A stretch of DNA of 64,000 bases from Planctomycetota bacterium (GTDB lineage Bacteria; Planctomycetota; UBA8108; SXIK01). A model generated the notes under the pieces. It saw only the letters and a list, made by a program, of their open reading frames with translations, made no database searches and was not told where the DNA came from. The stretch is from the NCBI GenBank assembly GCA_965223265.1, contig OZ244999.1:1952001-2016000 (forward strand), in the 5' to 3' direction. Shown here piece after piece: positions 32,519-41,380 of the stretch. Each line of letters begins with the position of its first letter. Position 1 is the first letter of the stretch. Both the position numbers and the translations under genes were made by a program.

Positions 32519-32890
32519 GAGTGCGAAAGTAGCAGGCACACTCCGTGTGCCGTCCGGTCTTGTATAGCGTGTGCGAGTGCGAGTGCGAAAGTAGCAGGCA
32601 CACTCCGTGTGCCGTCCGGTCTTGTATAGCGTGTGCGAGTGCGAGTGCGAAAGTAGCAGGCACACTCCGTGTGCCGTCCGGTCTTGTATAGCGTGTGCGA
32701 GTGCGAGTGCGAAAGTAGCAGGCACACTCCGTGTGCCGTCCGGTCTTGTATAGCGTGTGCGAGTGCGTGTGCGAAAGTAGCAGGCACACTCCGTGTGCCG
32801 TCCGGTCTTGTATAGCGTGTGCGAGTGCGAGTGCGAAAGTAGCAGGCACACTCCGTGTGCCGTCCGGTCTTGTATAGCGTGTGCGAGTGC
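32519..32890 (+). repeat. Tandem array of six 62-bp units, each with a GTAG-type REP hairpin
   Basis: GTAG at 32529, 32591, 32653, 32715, 32777 and 32839. Each is followed by CA-GGCACAC-TCC-GTGTGCC-GTCC. No variable spacers. Confidence 0.95.
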
Positions 32891-33317
32891 GTGTGCGTGG
32901 GAGTGGGGAGTACTCCGCTTCTGACTCTGTATCCGTATGTACCTCTCTCTCTGTGTCCGTCTCTGTCCCCATTGTTGCAAAAGAGAAGCACTTTTAGGTC
33001 GTGCGCGTCTGCGTGGCCCGTGGGCTTGACCGTGGGCGTTCTGTCTCTGACTCCGTCTCCGTCTCTGCCTCTGACTCCGTCTCCGTCTCCGTCTCTGTCT
33101 GACTCTGATCGGCGTGTGCCAGACCGGACGACACACGGCACTGCCTGCTCCGTTGGACGGTCTTCCTTCGTTGACCTGGTTTCCTTTCGTTCAACTCTTG
33201 TTCTGATCTCTTGAATCTCGAACAGAAGCAAACGAAGATGAGGCAGAGAAGCGCCAGGCGCTTGAGGATCCACGCCCACGGGAACGGGAACGGCCGTCGC
33301 GCACGCCGACAGGGCCA

Positions 33318-33343
33318 GACGGCACACTCCGTGTGCTTGCTAC
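33318..33343 (-). repeat. Inverted REP copy (a more degenerate one lies at 33121-33151)
   Basis: Minus strand GTAGCAAGCACACGGAGTGTGCCGTC. Confidence 0.8.
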
Positions 33344-33404
33344 GTTGAAGAGGCGCCCACGCCCACGGTCACGGTCACGGTCCACGGTCCACACGCACGC
33401 GCAC

Positions 33405-33482
33405 GCAAACGCAAACGCAAACGCAAACGCAAACGCAAACGCAAACGCAAACGCAAACGCAAACGCAAACGCAAACGCAAAC
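33405..33482. repeat. (GCAAAC)13 microsatellite
   Basis: Perfect hexamer run, directly counted. Confidence 0.95.
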
Positions 33483-33604
33483 GCGCACGGCCTTGAAGCG
33501 CTTTTCTTTTGCAACAATGGGGTCTGCCTCCGTCTCCGTCTCCGCCTCTTCCGTTCCCCGGAGCGAACTCCTCCCAGCTCGAACGACCGCTCCCGGCTCG
33601 TTTC

Positions 33605-35857
33605 TCACCCCTTCTCAAACATCCGCTCGAGCCACTCGTACGCCTCGTATCGGGTGGCGTCTGGAAAGTCGTGCTCGCTGTCGGGATAACGCGCCGTCAG
33701 GGCTGCCGAGGCATCCTGGAGAGCGTAGACTCGGCGCGCGGCGTCGACCACCTTGCGGACGCCGGTGACATCGAAGTTGCTGTCGTGCTGCGGTGCGCAA
33801 ATGAAAAACGGACGCGGTGCGAGGGCGGCGACGAACTCGTAAAAGTCGAACGGCACTCGATCGGGGTTGTTGCCATAGACGTCGCGGATGCGCGGCATGT
33901 AGCGGTCGCTTGTCCAGCCCGCGAGTCGTCCTTCGTAGTAGTGATGGAAGGCGGTGAAGCCGCAGCTGGAGATCACAGCGCGAATCCTCTGGTCGAATAC
34001 CGCCGAGAAAATCGCATTGTGGCCGCCCAGCGAATGCCCGATGCAGCCGATGCGCCTGGGATTCACCTGGGGTAGGGACTCGAGCAGATCGATGGCCCTA
34101 ACGTTGTTCCAGATGGCCTTCATCGTACCGCTCGCGTAGCGTGTGTGGATGGAGCTCTGCTCGAAGTCGTACTCGTAGCTGCCGAACGACGGATAGTCGG
34201 GCACGAGACAGATGTATCCGCGTTCGGCAAGCTCGTGAGCGTAGTGAAGAGAGGGTCTGCCGCCGAGTCCTGCCGGTTCATCCTTGCCGAGTCGAACGGT
34301 TTGGTGCAGGCAAAGCATCGCTGCGTTGCGACGTCCTGCACGGAGTTTCTTCGGAAGCAGTAAGTACGCCGGCACGCGATCTCCCGACTCGGCGGCGAAA
34401 GTGATCGTGCGTCGAAGGTAGGTGCCAGCGTCGACTTCGGACGCGACCTGCACGTCGAGAGGTACGCGTCGCGTCGTTTCAGGGAACCGTCCCATCGCAC
34501 GTTGCGCACCCTCGAGCACGTGGGATCGCCGTCGACCCCAGTCGCGTGCGGTTCCGATGGTTTGGCGGGCACCGGCGGCATTCATCCAGACGGAGAGGTC
34601 GCTGTGATCGGGATAGAATGCCGCCATGGCGGGGCGAACCGGCGGCGCGGCGCGCGAGTTGGTCAGATTCTCGAGCCAGAAGAGGCCGCTTCGTCCCGGC
34701 GCGATGAGGTCGAGGTCGCCGTCGGCGTCGAGATCGACCGCCTTCGGATCGAGCCCAAAGCCGACGTCCGCACCGACTGAGATCGCCCGACGTCGCCATG
34801 TGGAACTGTCGGGAACGAACTCGTAGCTGTAGACGACCAACGGGTCGTAGGCGCCTGGATCTTTGCCGTCGTGAGCCATGTACCGCTTGCCCACGACAAT
34901 CTCGATCTTTCCATTGCCGTCGAGGTCTGCTGCCAGTGGTGCATGACCCTGAGACCAGCTGGAGTCGATCGTGTGATGATTCCAGCGGCGCGGGCGGCCG
35001 TCGCTCCTCTGCTCAAGCCAGTAGAGGCCAAAATCGTGTCCGCGTGCCCACACGATGTCTTGGTCGCCATCACCTTCAACGTCGAGCACCAAGATCGGAA
35101 TGCTCGCGGCACCGAGATCGAACTCTTCGTGCCAGAGCCATGCCCCTGTGTGCCGATCTCGGGGGGCTTGGAGCCACCCGAGAGGTGCGACGATGTCACC
35201 TCTGCCGTCGCCATTGATGTCTCCGAACCCGATTCCGTGGCCGTCTGCCTCCGACGGGAGGTCGTGTCGGGTCCAAGTGGCGCTCCCCTTCGCCGCTTCG
35301 ATGTCCCACCAAGCGACGAAACCGCGACCGTTTGGTAGCAGGTCGAGGTCGCCGTCGCCATCAACGTCGATCAGGCGACCAGTCTCCATCGCCCCGGGCC
35401 TATCGATGACGTGTTCACTCCAGGTGCCGAGTGTGGCGCCAGGGTGTTCGATCCAGGCGAGCTTGCGGCTACGGAAGTTTGCCGAGACGAAATCGGTCCA
35501 GCCGTCGCCGTTCAGGTCGATCGGCTGGTTGGAGTAGCCATCGAAACGTCCGCGAATCTCTTCAACCTTTCGGACGTGGTGGTGCTTCCACCGCGGCGCC
35601 TCGTACCAGTAGGCACCGGAGACGATGTCGAGCCGGCCATCGTGGTTGACGTCGATCGCGGCGCAGGCACTGAAGGTCGATTCGGCGTTGATCGTGTGTT
35701 TCTTGAAGCGAAGGTCTTCTGCGTTGGCATGCGGCCATCGCAAGACGGCGTCGAGCAGCAGCAAGGCCAGTAGCGGCACGATGGACACAGTACCGCGTCC
35801 ATATCTCTTGCGAACTCGTTCGAGCGGCCGGGGTCGCGAAAAAAAGCGTGTCGGCAT
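33605..35857 (-). CDS. Secreted FG-GAP/VCBS-repeat protein fused to a dienelactone-hydrolase-like alpha/beta hydrolase
   Basis: DVNHDGRLDIV, DLNGDGWTDFV, DINGDGRGDIV repeats; GHSLGG nucleophile; HDF catalytic His motif. Confidence 0.88.
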   Translation of the reverse strand: MPTRFFSRPRPLERVRKRYGRGTVSIVPLLALLLLDAVLRWPHANAEDLRFKKHTINAESTFSACAAIDVNHDGRLDIVSGAYWYEAPRWKHHHVRKVEEIRGRFDGYSNQPIDLNGDGWTDFVSANFRSRKLAWIEHPGATLGTWSEHVIDRPGAMETGRLIDVDGDGDLDLLPNGRGFVAWWDIEAAKGSATWTRHDLPSEADGHGIGFGDINGDGRGDIVAPLGWLQAPRDRHTGAWLWHEEFDLGAASIPILVLDVEGDGDQDIVWARGHDFGLYWLEQRSDGRPRRWNHHTIDSSWSQGHAPLAADLDGNGKIEIVVGKRYMAHDGKDPGAYDPLVVYSYEFVPDSSTWRRRAISVGADVGFGLDPKAVDLDADGDLDLIAPGRSGLFWLENLTNSRAAPPVRPAMAAFYPDHSDLSVWMNAAGARQTIGTARDWGRRRSHVLEGAQRAMGRFPETTRRVPLDVQVASEVDAGTYLRRTITFAAESGDRVPAYLLLPKKLRAGRRNAAMLCLHQTVRLGKDEPAGLGGRPSLHYAHELAERGYICLVPDYPSFGSYEYDFEQSSIHTRYASGTMKAIWNNVRAIDLLESLPQVNPRRIGCIGHSLGGHNAIFSAVFDQRIRAVISSCGFTAFHHYYEGRLAGWTSDRYMPRIRDVYGNNPDRVPFDFYEFVAALAPRPFFICAPQHDSNFDVTGVRKVVDAARRVYALQDASAALTARYPDSEHDFPDATRYEAYEWLERMFEKG

Positions 35858-35993
35858 GGACGTCTCCGGACTCTGTGACTACAGCGGAACCTGAGCTTCA
35901 CTGTAGTGGCGAAAAATAGATGCTGATGGTTTCAGAAGCGCCTGTTAAGAAAAGAACGGCGGACAACGACCAGAGATAAGAAAGACGACGTCC

Positions 35994-37421
35994 ATGCTCA
36001 AGGAAAACTATCCATACTACCTTGGCGGCGAGCCGGTTTACGCCAACGAAGAACTCGAGGTGAGGGACAAATACAGCGGCACGCTGGCGACGCGTGTGGC
36101 GCTGGCCGACGACAGCGCGATTGACAGGGCCATCGGTCGAGCTGTCGCCGCAACCGAGGCGTGTGCGCGTCTGCGGGCACATCAGCGCCAGGCAGTCCTC
36201 GAGCATTGCGTGCGACGCTTCCAGGAACGGTTCGAGGAGCTGGCGGTCACGCTCTGCGTGGAGGCTGGCAAGCCCATCAAGGACAGTCGTGGTGAGGTCA
36301 GTCGCCTGATCGACACGTTTAAGATTGCGGCCGAGGAGGCGGTGCGGCTCAACGGCGAAGTCCTGGCGCTCGATCGGACGCCGCGCACGCAGAACTACTC
36401 GGGCATGTGGAAACGCGTTCCGGTCGGGCCGTGCTCTTTCATCTCGCCGTTTAACTTCCCGCTCAATTTGGCGGCTCACAAGGTTGCGCCGGCCCTGGCC
36501 GTTGGTTGTCCGTTCGTCCTGAAGCCTGCGAGCCTCACTCCTCTCGGTGCGCTGATCATCGGCGAGGTGCTGGCGGAGACTGATCTTCCCGACGGGGCGT
36601 TTTCCATTTTGCCCTGCCGTCGCGACGGCGCTCGCCTGTTCACGGAGGATGACCGTTTTAAGTTGCTGAGCTTCACGGGTTCGCCGACTGTCGGTTGGGA
36701 TTTGAAGGCGCGCGCCGGAAAGAAAAAAGTCGTCCTTGAGCTCGGGGGCAACGCTGCCTGCATCGTCGATGCAGACGCCGACCTTGACGACGCAGTAGAG
36801 CGGATTGTGTTTGGGGCCTTCTATCAATCTGGCCAAAGCTGCATCGGTGTGCAGCGTATTCTGATCCACGATGCGGTGTACGACCGATTGAAGACCAAGC
36901 TTGTAGCTGCGACGCAAGCGCTCAAGATGGGTGATCCCAAGGATCCGGAGACGTTCATTGGTCCACTGATTTCCGAGCGTGAGGCTGTCCGCCTCGAGAA
37001 TTGGATTCAAGCCTCCGTCGCGGCCGGCGGAGAACTCTTGTGCGGTGGCCACCGTGACGGCGCTATGCTCGAAGCGTCGCTTCTCGAAAGCGTGCCCAGC
37101 GACCAAGATCTCTGTACCAAAGAGGCCTTCGGTCCGGTCGCAGTTTTGTCGCGGTTTTCGGACTTCGACGCCGCACTCGACGAAGTGAACGATAGCGTCT
37201 TCGGGCTCCAAGCAGGCATCTTCACGCGCGACCTGTATCGTGCGCAGCGGGCTTGGGATCGCCTTGAGGTTGGCGGCGTCGTCATTGGCGACGTTCCATC
37301 TTGGCGTGCCGATGCGATGCCGTACGGTGGCGTCAAGGAAAGCGGTCTCGGGCGCGAAGGTATCCGCTGGGCGATCGAGGACATGACGGAAGTGCGCCTC
37401 TTGGTGATTCGGACGCCGTGA
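35994..37421 (+). CDS. Aldehyde dehydrogenase family protein
   Basis: SPFNFPLNL, LKPAS, FTGS, LELGGN, GQSC, EAFGP, PYGGVKESGLGREG. Confidence 0.96.
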   Translation: MLKENYPYYLGGEPVYANEELEVRDKYSGTLATRVALADDSAIDRAIGRAVAATEACARLRAHQRQAVLEHCVRRFQERFEELAVTLCVEAGKPIKDSRGEVSRLIDTFKIAAEEAVRLNGEVLALDRTPRTQNYSGMWKRVPVGPCSFISPFNFPLNLAAHKVAPALAVGCPFVLKPASLTPLGALIIGEVLAETDLPDGAFSILPCRRDGARLFTEDDRFKLLSFTGSPTVGWDLKARAGKKKVVLELGGNAACIVDADADLDDAVERIVFGAFYQSGQSCIGVQRILIHDAVYDRLKTKLVAATQALKMGDPKDPETFIGPLISEREAVRLENWIQASVAAGGELLCGGHRDGAMLEASLLESVPSDQDLCTKEAFGPVAVLSRFSDFDAALDEVNDSVFGLQAGIFTRDLYRAQRAWDRLEVGGVVIGDVPSWRADAMPYGGVKESGLGREGIRWAIEDMTEVRLLVIRTP

Positions 37422-38407
37422 GTGTGTTTGGCATGACAGCGACTTCTCCGTGTTTCGGCATCCCGGGTCGCAGCTGTCGTCGCCGCAAGTCGCTTGCGGT
37501 TCTGGTGGCGCTAGCGATCACCGTCGCTCGAACCGACGCGATGCATGGACAGGAAGGCGGAATCGAGGTTTTCGCCGCGGAGACGCTTTTCGGGCAAGGG
37601 TGGAGACTTTCGGCCAGCCATCTTTACAAACGCAAGGGCAACGTCTTTCGGGGAGACCGGCACCAAAACGACCCTCTGGATCGCCTCTTCGAGGAGCAGC
37701 GCTTCGTTGCTGGCGTCGACTATGGCGTGCTCCCGGCGTTGACCCTTTCCTTGCTCGTCCCCACTGTCTACAAGTCACAGCGGCAACGGGTGAGCGGTGG
37801 TGGGCGAGAGCGTCTGGAATCTTTCGGCCTCGGCGACGTGGCGCTCTTGGGGAAGTATCGCGTGTTCAAGCGCGACTGGGAGCGTGGCGCGTTCCACCTG
37901 GCGGTTATCTCGGGGCTGGAGTTCCCCTCCGGCGACACTGACGCCGACGAGGATGGCGTCCGCTTGCCACCAGCGCTGCAGCCAGGTCTTGGGGCATGGA
38001 ACCCGGTGACGGCGCTTGCAGCGAACCTCGAGCTGGACCTTTTCCGCTTCGATGGCCTCTTCTTTTACAAGATCAACACTGAAGGAGCGCAGGACTTCGA
38101 AGCCGGCGACTTCATTGTTGTCGAGTTTGATGCCCACTATCGCTTCTTGCACACTCAGTACCCCGGGCCGACCGCAAGTGCCAAACTCGGCGTGCAGTGG
38201 CGTCACGAAATGCGCGACGAGTTGGATGGGCATCGCGTTCGTAACTCCGGTGCGGACGTCATCGCTCTGCGTCCGGGCGTGTCGTGGCATCCTTTGCCGC
38301 AAATCGACATCAGTGTCACACTGGACGTTCCGATCTATCGCTATGTCAGAGGCGAACAACTGGTGTTGGACGTGCGGACGTTCTTTGCAGTAGGCTTGCG
38401 ATTTTGA
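37418..38407 (+). CDS. Outer-membrane beta-barrel, 'transporter'/MetA-phenol-degradation-like family
   Basis: GTG overlaps the ALDH stop (alternative ATG 37433); signal peptide; GLGDVALLGKYR, GLEFPSG, QPGLG motifs; amphipathic strands; terminal Phe (VGLRF). Confidence 0.8.
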   Translation: MSVFGMTATSPCFGIPGRSCRRRKSLAVLVALAITVARTDAMHGQEGGIEVFAAETLFGQGWRLSASHLYKRKGNVFRGDRHQNDPLDRLFEEQRFVAGVDYGVLPALTLSLLVPTVYKSQRQRVSGGGRERLESFGLGDVALLGKYRVFKRDWERGAFHLAVISGLEFPSGDTDADEDGVRLPPALQPGLGAWNPVTALAANLELDLFRFDGLFFYKINTEGAQDFEAGDFIVVEFDAHYRFLHTQYPGPTASAKLGVQWRHEMRDELDGHRVRNSGADVIALRPGVSWHPLPQIDISVTLDVPIYRYVRGEQLVLDVRTFFAVGLRF

Positions 38408-38466
38408 GATCTTTGTAAGGTCTGAACGTTGCGCCGTCTATCGAAGGAACCACTCGAGGAGAGAGT

Positions 38467-39027
38467 ATGCTGAAAAGACGCGCAAGTGCCGCGGTTTGGG
38501 CAGCGGTCTATGTTTCCAGCCTCGTTGGCTGCATGACGGCATCCAATGAATTGCCGCCTGGTGTGCGTCCGTTTGCTGAGGTGACGCTTCTCTTCGAGAG
38601 CTGAATCTGAAACGACAAGGCCTTCGGTTTGGAGAAGGCCTTGCGGCGCCAGGCTGGTGCCGACACCGTGACGCTCGACACCCGCAAGGGGACTGCGACT
38701 TTTACGTACAACACGCCGCGCCAGATTGACTTTGGTTCGATTCAGCGCGCGGCTCACACGGCCGCCTACACGATCAAAAGGCTTGAGCTAAGTGTGCTCG
38801 GCCAGTTGACGAGCGCGGCGTGTGCTGCCTGTCAAAAGGATGTGCCGCACTTGAAGGTCGATCAGACGGGGCAACTCCTGGAAATCCGAGGCGACCTCAG
38901 TGGGGTTGCCACCGGCACCCGCGCCCGACTGCTCGGCCGCACCGGGAAATGGGGCCGCGACCGTTTTGGCGCGCTCAGACCGCGGCCACACGTTGTTCTC
39001 GACGTTGTAACCTTGACGGCGGAGTGA
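38467..39027 (+). CDS. Putative selenoprotein: lipoprotein with HMA/MerP-like domain and U-x-U motif (186 aa)
   Basis: GAGGAG RBS; ATG 38467 is in frame with ORF 38629-39027; lipobox LVGC; VTLLFES-TGA(38602)-I-TGA(38608)-NDKAFGLEKALRRQAGADTVTLD; hairpin immediately downstream. Confidence 0.7.
38616..38643 (+). promoter_or_regulatory. Candidate bacterial SECIS element
   Basis: Perfect 10-bp stem CAAGGCCTTC/GAAGGCCTTG, loop GGTTTGGA starting with G, 21 and 15 nt after the two TGA codons. Confidence 0.65.
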
Positions 39028-39129
39028 GGGCGGGCGCCAGGCGGTCGGCGCCTTTGCAGCAGCGAGAGAAGCGGCTCCGCTTCGCCTTTCCATACGGGCG
39101 TTCGCGCATCAGTCCCTTCGTGGTGCGAT

Positions 39130-39591
39130 CTATCGATGCGCTTTGTGACAACCGCGACACGACCGGCCGATCGCTGAGAGCGCCGACTTCGCTGCGGAGT
39201 GCTTGTTAGCGGTCGTCGCGGCCGCAAGCTTCTTGGTATCGGCGGCGTACTCCCGAACGTACTTCGACCAAGAGCCGCTGCTACCTTTCGCCGGCTGCGT
39301 GCGTGCCAGGGCCGTCGAGAGGTGGGCGACAACTGCAGCCTTGGCTCGCACTGCCGCCCACGACTTGTCGTCAGCAGGGCTCTTTGCCAGATCCTTCTTG
39401 AGCTGTTGGACAAGCCCGCCCTTGCCGTTGACCACGATCATAATGTCAGTCGCGGTCAGCGCGCCGCCGCGCTTTCCCTGAGCATCGAGGCTCGGAATCG
39501 TTGTGGATACTCGCCGCGGCGCGACGAGCGCCGCAGCGCTCAGCCCTACTGCAGTAGCTAAGATCCATAGCGCACAGCGACGAGGTGTCAT
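39130..39591 (-). CDS. Periplasmic class II (cytochrome c'-like) c-type cytochrome
   Basis: AAGGAG RBS, signal peptide, helical body, C-terminal SCRGCHKAHR. Confidence 0.85.
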   Translation of the reverse strand: MTPRRCALWILATAVGLSAAALVAPRRVSTTIPSLDAQGKRGGALTATDIMIVVNGKGGLVQQLKKDLAKSPADDKSWAAVRAKAAVVAHLSTALARTQPAKGSSGSWSKYVREYAADTKKLAAATTANKHSAAKSALSAIGRSCRGCHKAHR

Positions 39592-39615
39592 GTCGAGCTC
39601 TCCTTTTTCTTGGCG

Positions 39616-41061
39616 TCAGTCACCCTGCTTCGCAGCGCGATCGTTCTTGATCAGCCGCTCGACCGCCTGGTTGAGCTTTTCCGGGGAGAATCCCACGTGA
39701 TGGCGCACGACGCGCCCGCTGCGATCGACGAAGAAGTTGGTCGGGTAGAGAAGGACGCCGTATGTGTTGTCCGCGATCGCACCTCCCATAAGAAGAACTT
39801 TCTGCTTCAGTTTCATCTCGCTGACGAACTTGGCGATGGTTGGGCCAGGTTCGTCCCAACCGTTCACGGCGACAATCACAAGACCTTGGTCACGATACTT
39901 CTCTTGCAGTTTGCTGAGGTAGGGAGCCTCCCTACGACAGGGTCCTCACCCGTAGCCCCAAAAACTCAAGATGGCTGGTTTGTCTTTGGTCAACTCCTTG
40001 AAGCTGACTTCCTTGCCGTCGAGGTCCTTGAGCTTGAAGTCGGGAGCTTGCCGGCCAAGTACTTTAGCGAGCATCTTGCCGGCTTCGGTCGCCTCGAAGA
40101 AGGAGTGGAACGCTTCGAGACGCAGCTCGAGCACGTCAGACAGGATCGCCACCGGCGTCGCCTTCGCCTTGGCTGCGAAGGCGGTGACCGCTGCCTTGAT
40201 TTCCGCGGACGGTGGGCGTTTGTCGAACACTGCTAGGGTGTTATCGAATGCATCGACCACCGAACTCCACGATGGTTTGGTGGCGCCTTTGAGTGCACCG
40301 CCTGTGTCGCGTTTGAGCTCGATCGTTTGCGCCAGGACGATCGTTTGATCGTCGACGGTAACGTCCACGGCGAGCGAGCGCTTAAACGACTCAACCTCAC
40401 CAGTCTCGGGATGCAGTTCGTAGCGGGCGCTGTAACTTTTTAGTTTCGACGGATTCTCCTGCAGCTCGAACTTGCGCGCTTCGCCGTCGCCGTTACCGGC
40501 GTTGAGAGCCCGTTCGATCACACGGCCGCTGGAATCGACGGTCGTAACGAAGGGAAGCTTCAGCGTCGCTGCGTTGAGGACGTTCAGCTCTGCATCGCTC
40601 TCAAGCTGCATGCCCTTCGCGGGCACCTGGAACGCCGGCAAGAGCTCGATGGGAAAGAAGATGTTGAGACCATGTGTCTCCTCACCGAGCTCGTGCGCCA
40701 CCGGGCTCGAATCGTCGGGGGACAGCGAATAGCCGCCCGGCGATGTCTGGAGGCCGAAGTATTCAGTCGTGGCGTACTTTGTGCCCGCCTCATCATCGAT
40801 CAGGCGCGTGATTCGCACTGACGTCGGGGATCGCCCTTCAATCATGACGTGGGCGGCGTAGGGAGAAGACGATGTCTCGTCTCCGATCGTTTGCGACAAC
40901 ACGGTCTTGCCGGAATAAATGGCGACCATTCCAGGCGCGGGGGTGCCAGCGCCTGGTTCGCCCCAGATCGCATCCGGGCACGCGCCGAGAACGACGGCGA
41001 GCAGTCCAAGCCGGCTGAATGCGAGCCAGCGTCCGCCGCGGTGCAAGCAAAGAGGATTCAT
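39616..41061 (-). CDS. Putative selenoprotein: exported TlpA/ResA-like thioredoxin-fold protein, UGPC active site (481 aa)
   Basis: ORFs 39946-41061 and 39616-39879 share one frame. Read-through gives APDFKLKDLDGKEVS...ILSFWGYG-U-GPCRREAPYLSKLQEKYRDQGLVIVAVN...YPTNFFVDRSGRVV. Confidence 0.9.
39919..39935 (-). promoter_or_regulatory. Candidate bacterial SECIS element
   Basis: Minus strand GTAGGGA-GGC-TCCCTAC; G-starting loop 17 nt after the TGA at 39948-39946. Confidence 0.65.
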
Positions 41062-41332
41062 AAGCGCTCCAAGTTAAGTGGACATGAGCCGGCGAAGAAA
41101 CGCGAACGCGCAGCCTGTCCCGGGCTCATCGCAAGCGTTTGACTCTGGTGACGGGATAGCGTAGTCACTCTCACTACGGCAGGGGACGGGTGGCCGCGAG
41201 CGGCACGCCGTGCGCCCATCGGCGCCAAGAAGACCGGCCACCCAGTCTACCAAGCGAACGCGCATGGCGGTAGGATCGTTCCCTTCGGATCCTCGCTCGG
41301 CGGCGAGGACTCACCGAGCCGCCGAGCCATGC

Positions 41333-41373
41333 CACATTGGAGGTGGCACATTGGAGGTGGCACATTGGAGGTG
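41333..41373 (+). repeat. 14-bp tandem repeat x3, each containing a Shine-Dalgarno sequence
   Basis: CACATTGGAGGTG(G) three times, ending 7 nt before ATG 41381. Confidence 0.9.
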
Positions 41374-41380
41374 ACGCGGT

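Larger units (their letters stand above)
32967..33522. mobile_element. Possible MITE-like segment bounded by 27-bp inverted repeats
   Basis: CCCCATTGTTGCAAAAGAGAAGCACTT (32967-32993) matches the reverse complement of 33496-33522 with 2 mismatches. No credible ORF inside. Confidence 0.45.

Noticed and set aside
32519-32890. CRISPR array
   Set aside because: Units are identical over the whole 62 bp, with no unique spacers and no cas genes in the window.
32161-33690. Repetitive ORFs (e.g. 32161-33327, 32441-33136, ANANAN/FAFAFA frames)
   Set aside because: By-products of tandem repeats, open in several frames and partly antisense to a real gene.
38467-41061. Genome-wide TGA recoding (Trp/Gly) as the cause of in-frame TGAs
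   Set aside because: TGA cleanly terminates many conserved genes here (ALDH, hemH, dxr, lgt), so it is a normal stop.
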